Shown piece by piece: positions 1 through 10,045 of a stretch of DNA of 32,850 nt (its first letter is position 1; the number at the start of each line of letters is the position of its first letter). A program made the position numbers and the translations under genes. Location: the sequence record SRR31156797_5041. The stretch is one strand, 5' to 3'. The notes under the pieces were generated by a model. It saw only the letters and a list, made by a program, of their open reading frames with translations, was not told the DNA's origin and ran no database searches.

Positions 1-39
1 CTTGCAAGAGTTTCCCCTTCCCCAGACGCCGGAGGCAAT
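1..39. repeat. Truncated REP-like intergenic element
   Basis: The minus strand reads ATTGCCTCCGGCGTCTGGGGAAGGGGAAACTCTTGCAAG. Its GCCTCCGGYG core recurs at 24767-24776. The element is cut by the window edge. Confidence 0.4.
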
Positions 40-1056
40 TTAAATAAATTCTTTCAAGGCTGCGCAGAAGCTTTCGATATCTTCTTCAGTGGTTGACCAT
101 GAGGTCATCCAGCGCACTTCCCCGGTCTGTTCATCCCAGACATAGAAGGGGAATCTTTCCTGCAGCGGTTCTATCGCATGCTCGGGGATGATGGCGAAAA
201 TACCGTTGGCTTCCACCGGGCGGGTGATTTCTACTCCTTCGATGGCCCCGGCTTTTTCAGCCAGCTTGCGGGCCAGACCGTTGGAATGTTCAGCGTTTCT
301 TTTCCAAAGATCATTAGTAAGCAGGGCTTTGAATTGCGCGCCCACGTAGCGCATCTTGGAGATGAGCTGCATGTTCTGCTTGCGGATATATTCGAAATCC
401 TTGCCAAGTTCCGGGTTGATGAAAACAGCGGCTTCAGCACACATGCATCCATTCTTGCTTCCGCCAAAGGAGAGCACGTCCACTCCGCAGTCGACGGTCA
501 TTTCTTTGAAATTAACTCCCAGAGCCGCCGCAGCATTGGCGATTCTCGCACCGTCCATGTGTACGTGAAGCCCCTTGCTATGGGCAAAGTCGCAGATAGA
601 TTTGATTTCATCCAGACTGTAAAGGGTACCAAGTTCGGTGTTCTGGGTGATGGAAATTACTGCGGGCTGCGCGCGGTGTACATCCGGCTCGGAAGGGACC
701 AGCGGCTTGATGCTCTCTACGCTGATTTTTGCGTCTTTGGTTTCGGCCAGCATCAGCTTGATGCCCATGCTTTCCGGTGAACCGCACTCATCAACATTGA
801 TGTGCGCGTCTTCGGAACAGATGACACTGTTCCAGCTTTTGCAGAGATGACGCAGGATTAGGGTGTTAGTGGCGGTCCCGGTGGTCAGGAAGAAAATTTT
901 GGCCTGCTCGCCGAAGTGGGTTTTGAAAAGTTCTTTAGCTTCCGCAGAAATCGGGTCGGCACCGTAGGAGGACATGTGGTCCTCGTTAGCATCCATAATG
1001 GCTTTCATTATTTCGGGGTGGACCCCGGAGTAGTTGTCGCTGGCAAATGATCGCAT
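40..1056 (-). CDS. ltaE: Low-specificity L-threonine aldolase (PLP-dependent)
   Basis: Motifs include FASDN, YGAD, AHINVDECG, HMDGAR and SFGGSKNG (PLP Lys). The start was moved to ATG 1056 (MRSFASDN) because GAGGA lies just upstream. Confidence 0.9.
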   Translation of the reverse strand: MRSFASDNYSGVHPEIMKAIMDANEDHMSSYGADPISAEAKELFKTHFGEQAKIFFLTTGTATNTLILRHLCKSWNSVICSEDAHINVDECGSPESMGIKLMLAETKDAKISVESIKPLVPSEPDVHRAQPAVISITQNTELGTLYSLDEIKSICDFAHSKGLHVHMDGARIANAAAALGVNFKEMTVDCGVDVLSFGGSKNGCMCAEAAVFINPELGKDFEYIRKQNMQLISKMRYVGAQFKALLTNDLWKRNAEHSNGLARKLAEKAGAIEGVEITRPVEANGIFAIIPEHAIEPLQERFPFYVWDEQTGEVRWMTSWSTTEEDIESFCAALKEFI

Positions 1057-1078
1057 GGGGAATATCCTCATCAAATAA

Positions 1079-1119
1079 GGACAGCACTCCCGTCTGATAA
1101 ATACCGGGGAATGCTGTCC
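1079..1119 (-). terminator. Stem-loop between the SGNH gene and ltaE
   Basis: GGACAGCA(1079-1086)/TGCTGTCC(1112-1119) inverted repeat with inner C/G-run pairing, followed by TTATTT on the minus strand. Confidence 0.5.
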
Positions 1120-1152
1120 GGTTCGTAATTGGATTTTGGGGAAAGACGTGGC

Positions 1153-1737
1153 TTAGCTGAGGTGGGGCAGGATGTAGGGAGAAATGAATTTGCTGATCAT
1201 TCCGGCCATGATGCCGTAACCTTCCGCATTTGGATGGATTCCGTCGTTTTCCTTGAGGGCCTTGATGTAAGCGGGATTTTCCCGCAGGGGAGAATTAATA
1301 TCCAGATAGGGAATGTCAAGGTTTGTGCATATTTTGTTGAATTCTGCGGATAGTTTTTTTGTGTGGTTATCTTTTTCTTCATCAATCATAGGTGGCGGGG
1401 TGATGAACAAAGTCGCATAATTGTTTTTTGCACTGCCGAGGATGTTTTCAGCCCTGGCTTTGCTAAGCTCAAGAGGAATGTTTTTGACAGCATCAGGTGC
1501 GCCCATACAGAATATCAGCAGGACCGGGATTTCCTGATTAATGCGGTCGGCGGCTTCTTTTTCCCATCGGAATTCTATATGTGCTGTAGTGGAAGCCCGT
1601 ACGCCGAGGTTGTATGCGGTCAGCTTGGTGCCTTGGGGATCAAGCTGTTTGCAGATTCTTCCGGCCCAGCCCAGTCGTTCCGAATCACTGACTCCTGAAG
1701 TAAGTGAGTCCCCGATGAATAAGAGTTGCATTTTCAT
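1153..1737 (-). CDS. SGNH/GDSL-family hydrolase
   Basis: Block I FIGDSLT, block II YNLGV and block V DGIHPN. Confidence 0.85.
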   Translation of the reverse strand: MKMQLLFIGDSLTSGVSDSERLGWAGRICKQLDPQGTKLTAYNLGVRASTTAHIEFRWEKEAADRINQEIPVLLIFCMGAPDAVKNIPLELSKARAENILGSAKNNYATLFITPPPMIDEEKDNHTKKLSAEFNKICTNLDIPYLDINSPLRENPAYIKALKENDGIHPNAEGYGIMAGMISKFISPYILPHLS

Positions 1738-1844
1738 ATTCCTTTTAAAGTGTTATGCTTCGTTTAGCTGTTTTTACAGCAGGGATTTCGAACTTTGAAG
1801 GAAACATACAGTACTGCTGTTGTAAGCTTTATATTGCTGATTAT

Positions 1845-1887
1845 ATGAAATACTGTTGCAAAAAGATAGTGCAATTCATTCTCAATT
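1845..1887 (+). promoter_or_regulatory. Putative Zur box plus adjacent Fur-family-like box upstream of znuCB
   Basis: ATGAAAT-ACT-GTTGCAA (1845-1861) resembles the 7-3-7 ATGCAAYnnnRTTGCAT palindrome recalled for deltaproteobacterial Zur. GTGCAATTCATTCTCAATT (1869-1887) is Fur-box-like. Confidence 0.5.
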
Positions 1888-1934
1888 AGGCTATCAGCTT
1901 GTTCGCTGAAAAAAATGGCGAAAGGTAAAATGAT

Positions 1935-2756
1935 ATGGTTAATGAAAGTGTAATAAGTTTTAAAAATGTAAGTTTCGGGTACGGGCAGCATAGGGTGCTG
2001 GATCAGGCCAGCTTTGAGATACTGCCGGGAGATTATCTTGCGGTTATCGGTCCTAACGGGGGCGGCAAGACCACCCTGCTTAAGTTGCTGCTGGGGCTGA
2101 TTGAACCTCAGCAGGGCAGTATTGACATTTTGGGTATGCCACCGGGCAGGCATGGCGGGAGCATCGGATATATGCCGCAGTACACGACGGTTTCCGCCAG
2201 CTTCCCCATAACCGTGCGCGATGCCGTACTCATGGGCAAGGTTTCTCCGGGACTTAAAGGGGTTTTCGGTCTCAGTTTCGGTAACGGTTCCGGTGGAGAG
2301 GTGGAAAAGGCCCTTGAGCGGGTCGGGATGCTTGAGCATATTGATCGCAGGGTTTCGGATCTCTCAGGCGGGCAGAAACAGCGGGTCTTTATTGCCCGGG
2401 CAATTGTAGATGAGCCTAAAATGCTGCTTTTAGACGAGCCTGCCGCCAGTGTTGATCAGGCCGGTAAAAGCGGCCTTTATTGTCTGCTCAAGGAGCTTAA
2501 CGCGGAAATGACTATTGTCATGGTCAGCCATGATATTTCTGTACTCGGACAGGGTGTTAAGTCTGTGGCCTGCGTCAATCGTAAAGTCCATTTACATGAC
2601 CAGCCCAAAATTACCCGCGAATTACTTAGTGAGGCTTACGGCGAAACTATCAAGGGAACCTGTCCCATTGAGCTGATCACCCACGGGGAACTTCCGCACC
2701 GGGTGCTGGAGTTTCATCCTGAATCAGATGATAACGAAGGAGACTGGAATGCTTGA
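1935..2756 (+). CDS. znuC: Zn/Mn ABC transporter ATP-binding protein
   Basis: Walker A GPNGGGKT, IGYMPQ, signature LSGGQKQR, LLLDEP, VSHD, and a His/Cys-rich C-terminus. Confidence 0.85.
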   Translation: MVNESVISFKNVSFGYGQHRVLDQASFEILPGDYLAVIGPNGGGKTTLLKLLLGLIEPQQGSIDILGMPPGRHGGSIGYMPQYTTVSASFPITVRDAVLMGKVSPGLKGVFGLSFGNGSGGEVEKALERVGMLEHIDRRVSDLSGGQKQRVFIARAIVDEPKMLLLDEPAASVDQAGKSGLYCLLKELNAEMTIVMVSHDISVLGQGVKSVACVNRKVHLHDQPKITRELLSEAYGETIKGTCPIELITHGELPHRVLEFHPESDDNEGDWNA

Positions 2757-3558
2757 GGCTTTGAGTTATGAATTCATGCAGAATGCGCTCATTGCCGGTT
2801 TGCTGGCGTCTATCATCTGCGGGATTATCGGCGCGCTGGTAGTGGTTAACAGGGTGGTGCTGCTGGCAGGGGGCGTGGCCCATGCTTCCTACGGCGGGGT
2901 GGGGTTGGCCTTTTTTCTAGGCCTGCCCATGCTTCCGGTTACTGCCGGATTTGCTGTTTGCGCGGCCTTGCTCATGGCTTTGGTGACCATGCGGGTTAAG
3001 GAACGGGCTGATACTTTTATCGGGGTCATGTGGGCTGCGGGGATGGCCTTAGGAATTATTTTGCTGGATATCACCCCCGGTTACAATGTAGACCTGATGA
3101 GTTATCTATTTGGCGGTATCCTTGCCACACCCAAGTCAGATCTTATGCTCATGGGCGGGCTGGCGGCCCTTGTTTTGCTGGTGGTATTCACCTGCTATAA
3201 GGGATTTTGGGCCATGTCGTTTGACGAGGAATTCGCCCGCTCGCGTGGTGTTCCGGTAACCTTGCTATATTTTATCATGCTGGCCCTAATTGCGCTCAGT
3301 GTGGTCATGGTCATCCGAGTGGTCGGCCTTATTCTGGTCATCGCCCTTTTGACCATCCCACCCCAGATTGCTGAGAGCAGGACGTCCTCTCTATTTTCCA
3401 TGATGGTTCTTTCTTCCGTCCTGAGCATGGTGTTTTGTGTAAGCGGATTGTTGCTTTCGTATCAGCTTAATCTTTCTTCTGGAGCTACCATAATTGCTGT
3501 CAGTGTGGCTGGCTTTTTACTTTCGGCAGCCTTGGGCAGGATACGCAGAGTCTATTAG
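2749..3558 (+). CDS. znuB: Zn/Mn ABC transporter permease (ABC-3 family)
   Basis: EFMQNAL, AHASYGG, YLFG and SFDEEFAR motifs with many hydrophobic helices. ATG 2749 follows AAGGAG and overlaps the znuC stop. Confidence 0.85.
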   Translation: MLEALSYEFMQNALIAGLLASIICGIIGALVVVNRVVLLAGGVAHASYGGVGLAFFLGLPMLPVTAGFAVCAALLMALVTMRVKERADTFIGVMWAAGMALGIILLDITPGYNVDLMSYLFGGILATPKSDLMLMGGLAALVLLVVFTCYKGFWAMSFDEEFARSRGVPVTLLYFIMLALIALSVVMVIRVVGLILVIALLTIPPQIAESRTSSLFSMMVLSSVLSMVFCVSGLLLSYQLNLSSGATIIAVSVAGFLLSAALGRIRRVY

Positions 3559-3559
3559 T

Positions 3560-3594
3560 AAAAAATCCCGGTATTGTTTAAAGCCGGGATTTTT
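3560..3594. terminator. Bidirectional intrinsic terminator
   Basis: AAAAATCCCGG/CCGGGATTTTT between the convergent znuB and asnB genes. Confidence 0.8.
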
Positions 3595-3599
3595 ATTTA

Positions 3600-5471
3600 T
3601 CACACTCTGCCACTCTTATGCTCAATGGCCCAGAGCGCTAGATTGAGTATGTTCCAGACGAAATTTTTTTGTTTTTTTCGTCCTGACACATGCTCATCAA
3701 AGCGTTTGTTCAGCGCATCCATATCAAAAAACTGCTGCAGAAACGGTGTTGCCTGACTGATAGCGTCTAGGGTGAAGTCTGCTGACTCACCACTGGTCCA
3801 CTTTGCAACAGGCATGGAGAAGCCCTGCTTGCGGCGGTATAGAATATCCTTGGGCAGATAGCGCTCGGCCAGTTTCTTGAGCAGATATTTGGATTCTCCA
3901 CCCTTGAGTTTCAGTTCCGGGGGCAGGCTGGCCATGTATTCGAAAAGTTCATGATCAAGCAGCGGGGAACGGACTTCCAGACTATGAGCCATGGAAGCAA
4001 TGTCCACCTTGACCAGCAGGGCGTCGGCGAGGAAATGGACTGTGTCCATCCAGAGTAGCCGTTCTGCCGGATCGTGAGCGTGTGTGCAGGCCTGCCGCGA
4101 AAGTTCGTACATCCAGTTCAAAGCAGATTGTCCCAGCTGTTCGCGCATATCAGCGCGGTAGACATCATTTTTATAGCGGGCAATCTTGAATTCATTACGC
4201 AGGATGCGTTTGAATTCCGGGTGAAATTTGCAGATCATCTTGCGGCGCAGCGTTCCCAGTGTGGAATTGCTGCTGAAGGCACTGGCAATATTTTTTTCAG
4301 GCAGTACCTTTTTGCCGATCAAGGGGGCAAGTGCGGAAGCCAGTTTCACGTGGGTGTATGCCGAATAGCCGCAGGCCAGTTCGTCGCCACCATCACCGCT
4401 CAGGGCAACGGTCACGTGCTTGCGTGTGGCCTCGCTGAGTAGCATGGTTGCCAATGCCGCATCATCGGAAAAAGGTTCACCGTATTGGCGGACTACTGCG
4501 GGCAGCATATTTTCAAATTGAGCCGGGTCCAGATATTCCACATGATGGTTTACGCCCAGATGTTTGGCTACCTTGGATGCATGACCTGATTCGTCATATT
4601 TTTTTTCATGGAATCCGATGGTGAAGGTGTCAATGGATTTACTTCCGGCTTCGACCATGAGTGCCACGATGAGGCTGGAATCAACCCCGCCGGAAAGCAG
4701 TGCTCCCAGCGGTACATCACTTTCCAGCCTAATTCTGGTAGCTTCTAAGAGCTGGTTATGTAGAGATTCCAATATTTCTTCTTCCGAACATTCAATCTTT
4801 CGGGTGAAATCAAGGGACCAGTATCGGTGCAGGGATAGTCCTTGAGCATTTACGATGCCATAATGGGCTGCCGGAAGCTTCCTGATGGCGGAGTATATGG
4901 AAAAGGGAGCCGGAACGCATCCGGTGCTCATGAACAGGTCGATGGCTTGCGCGTCTACATCTTTCGAAATATCGGGATGAGCTGCAAGGGCACGGATCTC
5001 CGAAGCAAATATAAATCCGTTCCCGCTTTGGGAATAAAAGAAGGGCTTTTTACCCAGCCGATCACGGGCGATGACAAGTTGCCGTTTGTTTTTGTCCCAG
5101 ATGGAGAAGGCAAACATGCCGCGCAGCATGGAAATGCATTTCTCTCCGTATTCGCCGTAGAGCTTGAGTAGGACTTCTGTGTCCCCGGAGGAATTAAAGG
5201 TGTGTCCTTTGCTGATAAGTTCTTCGCGTAAGGACTTGAAATTGTATATTTCACCGTTGAAAGCAATGATGTTTCCGGTTACCGGGTCCTTCATGGGCTG
5301 GTTGCCACGGTCGGAAAGATCGAGGATGGAAAGCCGGGTGTGCCCCAGTTCAATGTTTTCCTCTGTGTGGATGTGCTGAAAGTCAGGTCCGCGATGTGAG
5401 AGAAGGTCGAGAATCGATTTGATATTCCCGGGATGTCCGCCGGATTTGAAATAGCCTGCAATGCCGCACAT
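3600..5471 (-). CDS. asnB: Asparagine synthase (glutamine-hydrolysing) family amidotransferase
   Basis: N-terminal MCGIAG (Ntn Cys), HRGPD, FNGEIYN, ARDRLGKKP, LSGGVDSS, SGDGGDE and RRKQGF. Confidence 0.9.
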   Translation of the reverse strand: MCGIAGYFKSGGHPGNIKSILDLLSHRGPDFQHIHTEENIELGHTRLSILDLSDRGNQPMKDPVTGNIIAFNGEIYNFKSLREELISKGHTFNSSGDTEVLLKLYGEYGEKCISMLRGMFAFSIWDKNKRQLVIARDRLGKKPFFYSQSGNGFIFASEIRALAAHPDISKDVDAQAIDLFMSTGCVPAPFSIYSAIRKLPAAHYGIVNAQGLSLHRYWSLDFTRKIECSEEEILESLHNQLLEATRIRLESDVPLGALLSGGVDSSLIVALMVEAGSKSIDTFTIGFHEKKYDESGHASKVAKHLGVNHHVEYLDPAQFENMLPAVVRQYGEPFSDDAALATMLLSEATRKHVTVALSGDGGDELACGYSAYTHVKLASALAPLIGKKVLPEKNIASAFSSNSTLGTLRRKMICKFHPEFKRILRNEFKIARYKNDVYRADMREQLGQSALNWMYELSRQACTHAHDPAERLLWMDTVHFLADALLVKVDIASMAHSLEVRSPLLDHELFEYMASLPPELKLKGGESKYLLKKLAERYLPKDILYRRKQGFSMPVAKWTSGESADFTLDAISQATPFLQQFFDMDALNKRFDEHVSGRKKQKNFVWNILNLALWAIEHKSGRV

Positions 5472-5582
5472 GATCGCTTTACCGCCGAGTCAGAAGGTTT
5501 GAAGTTTTCAGTATGAAAGCTGGTTACACAGTGTTCTTTGCCGGGTCAAGATCGAGTAAATTGGATTAAGCCGATAGACATG

Positions 5583-5613
5583 AAAAAAGGCGGTCCCCGC
5601 ATTGGAGACCGCC
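5583..5613 (-). terminator. Intrinsic terminator of the MCP gene
   Basis: GGCGGTC/GACCGCC stem followed by a U6 tract on the minus strand. Confidence 0.75.
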
Positions 5614-5638
5614 CGGATTATCTGTTCTTAATTAGTTG

Positions 5639-8047
5639 CTATGACTGCATGTTCCTGATCAATTCCTTGATCTTGGAGGCCAGTTCCGCAACTTCCGAGA
5701 TAGCCATGGCTGACTGAACTGTGGTTTCGGCAGCTTCAGCTGATATTTCGTTGATCTCTTCGGTGGCGCGGCTGATCTGTTCACTTGATGCGGATTGTTC
5801 TTCTGCTGCCGCGGCAATGCCTTCAATCTGGTCTGCAGAGGCTTCCACCATCTGCACGATTTCATCAAGGGCATCCCCGGATTTTGAGGCTAAATCAGTT
5901 GATTGAACAATGGACTTAACTGCGTTTTCAGTCGCACTGATATTTGTTTTGGTGCTGTCCTGAATGGAGGTTATTGCTTCGCCAACTTCCTTGGTTGCGT
6001 CCATGGTTTTTTCAGCTAGTTTACGTACTTCATCTGCAACAACTGCGAATCCGCGTCCGGCATCCCCGGCACGTGCAGCCTCAATAGCAGCATTGAGGGC
6101 CAGTAGGTTGGTCTGGTCTGCAATGTCGGTAATTACGTTCATGACCTGTCCTATGGAGTCGGTGCGCTGTCCGAGTTCTTCCATGCTCGATTTGAGCTCT
6201 TCGGAATTCTGCTCAAGGGCCTGAATGGAGGTAACGACTTGTCCTACAAGTTCCTGACCTTCTACAGCCTTATCTTTAGTTGTGCGGGCGCTTTCAGAAG
6301 CTTCCCCTGCATTACGGGCAACTTCCATAACTGTGGCGTTCATCTGGTCCATGGCTGTGGCGGTTTCACTGGCCCGTTGCTGCTGGACTTCCGCACCCCG
6401 GCGGGATTCATCAACCTGGGCTGATAGTTCATCCGCAGCAGAAGCAAGCTGGTCGGAGATTTCATCCGCTTCTTTTGCTGTTGCGGCAATGGTGTCACGC
6501 TGGGCGGTAATGGCTTTTTCGTTTGCTTTAATGGTCGTGATGTCGTTCATGACCATGAAGGCGCCGATCAGTTTTTTATCTAGATCATGCAGCGGAGCTA
6601 CGTCGATGATGGCGTAGAATTCTTTGCCGCCTGCAGTCTTGCCATGTATTTCAATTTCAGAGAAGCTGCTTTCTTCTTTTAAGCAGCGGTCAATGGTATC
6701 TTGAATGGTCTGGATAGTGACCAGATCGTTGGAGCGTTTTCCGACATAATTATCAGGGTTACCACTCAAACCAAATTGATCAATGATGTGCTGATTGATG
6801 AAGGATACCTTTTTTTCAAGATCAACAACAACGCAGGGCAGGGTCAGACCGCTGAGCAGCCCGCTGGAAAATCCCAGCTTGTTCTTTAGCTCGAAGACCA
6901 TGTGTTTAACTGAATTAATGGTCCGGCCAACTACGTCATCTGCTTCGTATTCAAGTTCAGAATCGTAATCACCTTCGGATACTTTGGCAGTGAAGTCAGA
7001 AAGTTGTTGCAGCGGTTTGGTGGTTGCCCTGATCATCAGCAGCAGGATGATAGCTGCGATGGAAAGTGCAACTACGGCGATGATGACATTGGTTATGAAA
7101 ATGTCGCGGTCCACTCCATGGGACATCTCATCTCTATTCATCATGAAGGCAAAAGACCATTTCCATGGTTTGAAATAGGTAATGTAAGCTACTTTTGTTT
7201 CATCATTTAAGGTGTATTCAACTTCCCCTTCTTCTGTGTTTGCAAAGAGATTCCAATAAGGGGCATTCTGCAGGTTCTTTCCAGTAAGGGTGGGGTGGAG
7301 CATGACATCACCCTTGCTGTTGAAAATTGTTGCATATCCTTTTCCGCCGACGTTTGAAGCAAGTACGGACTTCTTAAAGGCGTTGGTTATTATCTTACGT
7401 CCCACGTAGATGACGCTGACTATATTACCGCGCAGGTCAGTCAGGGGTTTGTAGGCAGTGATGTACCAGGCATTAACGACATAAGCCATGCCGTAAAAAG
7501 TTTTACCGGACATGACCGCTTTATATACCGGGCTTGAGTCGGGAATATATGTGCCCGTGGCTCGGTTTCCATCCAGCTTGAGAACGTTGGTTGATACACG
7601 CAGCAGCTTGCCGGGAAGGACTTCAAAAATTGTTGCTGTTCCGCCGATTTCTTTCTTGAGGTCGTCAACAATATCAAATTTGCCGTTGACCGGAATTCCG
7701 CCAAACTCGAGGCTGGGGATGCTTACGCTTTCACTTTGTTTGGTAACCTGATTGGTGATGGTGGTATCAATGGGATGGCGTTTGTTGAGTTTTGGAAAGC
7801 CGAGTGAAAATATTTTTTTGTCCAGAATATCGATATCAGCTTTTACCTTGTCCATCAGGATATCATTTTGCATTTCCATGAGTGAATGAACGCTGTCAGC
7901 GATTGATCTCATGGATGTTTGACCTAACGTATGAAGCGAGTCCTGTACTTTATACAGGTTGATTCCGGTCATGAATATGATCGTAGCTAGAACGATTAAG
8001 ACTGCCCCAAGCATAAGTTTTGTTTGAAATGCCAACTTCTTTAACAT
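5639..8047 (-). CDS. Methyl-accepting chemotaxis protein (Cache sensor, HAMP, PAS, MA domains)
   Basis: Two TM helices flank a Cache-type region ([27 protein letters not shown]). Hairpin motif [38 protein letters not shown]. Confidence 0.92.
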   Translation of the reverse strand: MLKKLAFQTKLMLGAVLIVLATIIFMTGINLYKVQDSLHTLGQTSMRSIADSVHSLMEMQNDILMDKVKADIDILDKKIFSLGFPKLNKRHPIDTTITNQVTKQSESVSIPSLEFGGIPVNGKFDIVDDLKKEIGGTATIFEVLPGKLLRVSTNVLKLDGNRATGTYIPDSSPVYKAVMSGKTFYGMAYVVNAWYITAYKPLTDLRGNIVSVIYVGRKIITNAFKKSVLASNVGGKGYATIFNSKGDVMLHPTLTGKNLQNAPYWNLFANTEEGEVEYTLNDETKVAYITYFKPWKWSFAFMMNRDEMSHGVDRDIFITNVIIAVVALSIAAIILLLMIRATTKPLQQLSDFTAKVSEGDYDSELEYEADDVVGRTINSVKHMVFELKNKLGFSSGLLSGLTLPCVVVDLEKKVSFINQHIIDQFGLSGNPDNYVGKRSNDLVTIQTIQDTIDRCLKEESSFSEIEIHGKTAGGKEFYAIIDVAPLHDLDKKLIGAFMVMNDITTIKANEKAITAQRDTIAATAKEADEISDQLASAADELSAQVDESRRGAEVQQQRASETATAMDQMNATVMEVARNAGEASESARTTKDKAVEGQELVGQVVTSIQALEQNSEELKSSMEELGQRTDSIGQVMNVITDIADQTNLLALNAAIEAARAGDAGRGFAVVADEVRKLAEKTMDATKEVGEAITSIQDSTKTNISATENAVKSIVQSTDLASKSGDALDEIVQMVEASADQIEGIAAAAEEQSASSEQISRATEEINEISAEAAETTVQSAMAISEVAELASKIKELIRNMQS

Positions 8048-8185
8048 GCTCTCTCCTGATCCAAAGTTAGATACGTTTGCCAGTCTTGTTTGCGTCTTCC
8101 CTCTTCGCGCGCAGGGTCCGGCTCAAAAATATGATTAAGAACTGTTAGATGCAGTTCTTCAGGACATTGAGTTATTCGGCATGAA

Positions 8186-8614
8186 TCAATGTGTACTGCC
8201 CCTTGAAAAATTGGCTAAAAGCCGGACCACTGCATTTTCCTGTTCATGTTCAATGCGTGACACCTCGGGTGCGGCTTTGGCATAATACACAACTACACTA
8301 TCCCCCTGTGAAATCCTCCTCCAGAATGTGCTTTGTACAGCAGCTGTTCTTTCTCTGGGCAAACCGGAAGGATCAATAAAGCGATACCTGACGGTCTGAC
8401 GTGTTTTTTTCGTTTGATCTAAATTATGTTCGCTTATTCGGCTGTTTTTTTCAATAACTATACCTACAGCCTTATTTTCGCCAAAGGCTCTTATTCTTTC
8501 CAGTCTGATTTCCCTGTAGGGAATAAAGAAATATCCGGCTATAACCAACAAAGCGGCACTCAGTGCAATTTTGTTTTTTATGCCGGAAGTAGGTATAGAT
8601 TTAGAAAATAACAT
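8186..8614 (-). CDS. Membrane-anchored hypothetical protein, DUF3592-like
   Basis: One TM helix followed by G.V...VRYRF...GDSVVVYY....P. The start was placed at ATG 8614 because the upstream ATG overlaps a predicted -10 box. Confidence 0.6.
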   Translation of the reverse strand: MLFSKSIPTSGIKNKIALSAALLVIAGYFFIPYREIRLERIRAFGENKAVGIVIEKNSRISEHNLDQTKKTRQTVRYRFIDPSGLPRERTAAVQSTFWRRISQGDSVVVYYAKAAPEVSRIEHEQENAVVRLLANFSRGSTH

Positions 8615-8619
8615 GTTTA

Positions 8620-8648
8620 AGTCTAGCATCTGTGGGCTTAAGGGGCAA
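8620..8648 (-). promoter_or_regulatory. sigma70 promoter
   Basis: TTGCCC-N17-TAGACT with an extended TGn, on the minus strand. Confidence 0.5.
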
Positions 8649-8686
8649 GTTGTAGCTCCAGCTCAAGAGGATGAAAGGAGTGAAGG

Positions 8687-8965
8687 ATGAGTAGTCTGCA
8701 AAAGACAGGGCAATGGTGGGTGTTGGCGCTTGGTGGTGATTTTGATGAGAGTGCTTTTGATCAAAGGGAGTCTTGCCGTACGGAGTTGCTGCGCAGGGTG
8801 AATGAAGCCGGCATAAAGCTGGACGAGAATGTTTGGGTCTATGATGAAACCAAATGCGCGCAGCTGGTGCTTCAGGTCTGTCCTGACCGGGGAAGTGCTG
8901 AAAAGGCTGCTCGGGAATTGGAAGATTCCGGGCTTAGCTTGCGTGTTGCAAGGGAGTTTGAATAA
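8687..8965 (+). CDS. Hypothetical protein (92 aa)
   Basis: AAGGAG/AAGG upstream. The ORF fills the gap between neighbours and has an alpha/beta-like composition. Confidence 0.65.
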   Translation: MSSLQKTGQWWVLALGGDFDESAFDQRESCRTELLRRVNEAGIKLDENVWVYDETKCAQLVLQVCPDRGSAEKAARELEDSGLSLRVAREFE

Positions 8966-8968
8966 TGG

Positions 8969-9592
8969 CTAGTTTCTGGCAAGGGCCATTTTTAAACCCA
9001 AGCCGATAAAAACAACTCCGGAAAGGGCTTCGAGCCTTTTCTTGAATTTGCCGCCGGAAATTAGGTGGCGCATCTTGCCTAGAGCAAGGGTTATAAAGCT
9101 AAACCAGAGGATACCCATGCTGAAGTGGATGGTCATGAGCAGTAGAGATTGGCGTAGAATGGATTCACCTGGAGAAATGAACTGCGGCAGCAGGGCAAGG
9201 TAAAATACCGCAACTTTGGGATTGAGTACATTGGTCAGGAAGCCTTCGCGGATGGAGGTGGAAATACCTTTGCTGCACGGCTTGGCAGAGAACTCAGCTT
9301 CTTCATGTCTTCTGCTGTTGCGCAGGGACTGAATCCCCAGATAGATAATGTACAGCGCGCCGGCAAGTTTGACCATTTCAAAGGCGGTTGCCGAATTCAT
9401 GAGGATCATGGACAGTCCCAGTGCTGAAGCAAGGGCATGGATGAGCAGCCCGGCATTAATCCCGGCGACTGTACACAGCCCGTCCGCAGTGGAGCGGGTC
9501 AGGGTGTTGTTGACCACAAGCATAGTGTCTGAACCGGGGGTGATGGTCAGAATTGCCGCAACCGGGATAAAAGCCATGGTCAGTGCATCCAT
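8969..9592 (-). CDS. LysE/RhtB family amino-acid exporter
   Basis: ITPGSD, KLAGALYIIYLG and EGFLTNVLNPK motifs. Confidence 0.9.
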   Translation of the reverse strand: MDALTMAFIPVAAILTITPGSDTMLVVNNTLTRSTADGLCTVAGINAGLLIHALASALGLSMILMNSATAFEMVKLAGALYIIYLGIQSLRNSRRHEEAEFSAKPCSKGISTSIREGFLTNVLNPKVAVFYLALLPQFISPGESILRQSLLLMTIHFSMGILWFSFITLALGKMRHLISGGKFKKRLEALSGVVFIGLGLKMALARN

Positions 9593-9604
9593 TGTCCAAT
9601 TCCT

Positions 9605-10018
9605 TTAAAGCAGTCCGAATTTATTGAGCTCAGTCTGAATTTTTTCTTCTGTGATCGGTTTGGTTATGTACGATAAAGCTTCACACTGAAAAAACGCGCG
9701 AGAAGCTTTGGTGCTGTCATCAAGGGCTGTAGTCATGATCGCTTTGACTTTTTTTTCTTCGGGAATTTGTTTGGTCTGCTCGATAGCTCTGATTTTCTCA
9801 AGGGTCTGCAATCCGTCCATACCGGGTAGGATTATGTCCATGAAGATTATGTCGTAGGGATTTCCTTCAAGCCATCTATGCTCAAATTTTTCCAGTGCAT
9901 CCTCGCCACAGATAGCGCAGTCTATGCTTCTATTATCAAGTTTTTCAGTTATTATCCTAAGAATTTCCTTAAGATACATTCTGCTGGTGTTGCTGTCTTC
10001 AACTATGAGAATTTGCAT
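9605..10018 (-). CDS. Single-domain response regulator (CheY-like receiver)
   Basis: ILIVED, DIIFMDIILPGMDG (phospho-Asp), MTTA and YITKP. Confidence 0.88.
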   Translation of the reverse strand: MQILIVEDSNTSRMYLKEILRIITEKLDNRSIDCAICGEDALEKFEHRWLEGNPYDIIFMDIILPGMDGLQTLEKIRAIEQTKQIPEEKKVKAIMTTALDDSTKASRAFFQCEALSYITKPITEEKIQTELNKFGLL

Positions 10019-10045
10019 GCTGTTACTCGCTTGCTGGAATTTTAC

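Noticed and set aside
8172-8206. sigma28 promoter for the MCP (GCCGAATA on the minus strand)
   Set aside because: No -35 TAAA/TCAA element at the expected spacing.
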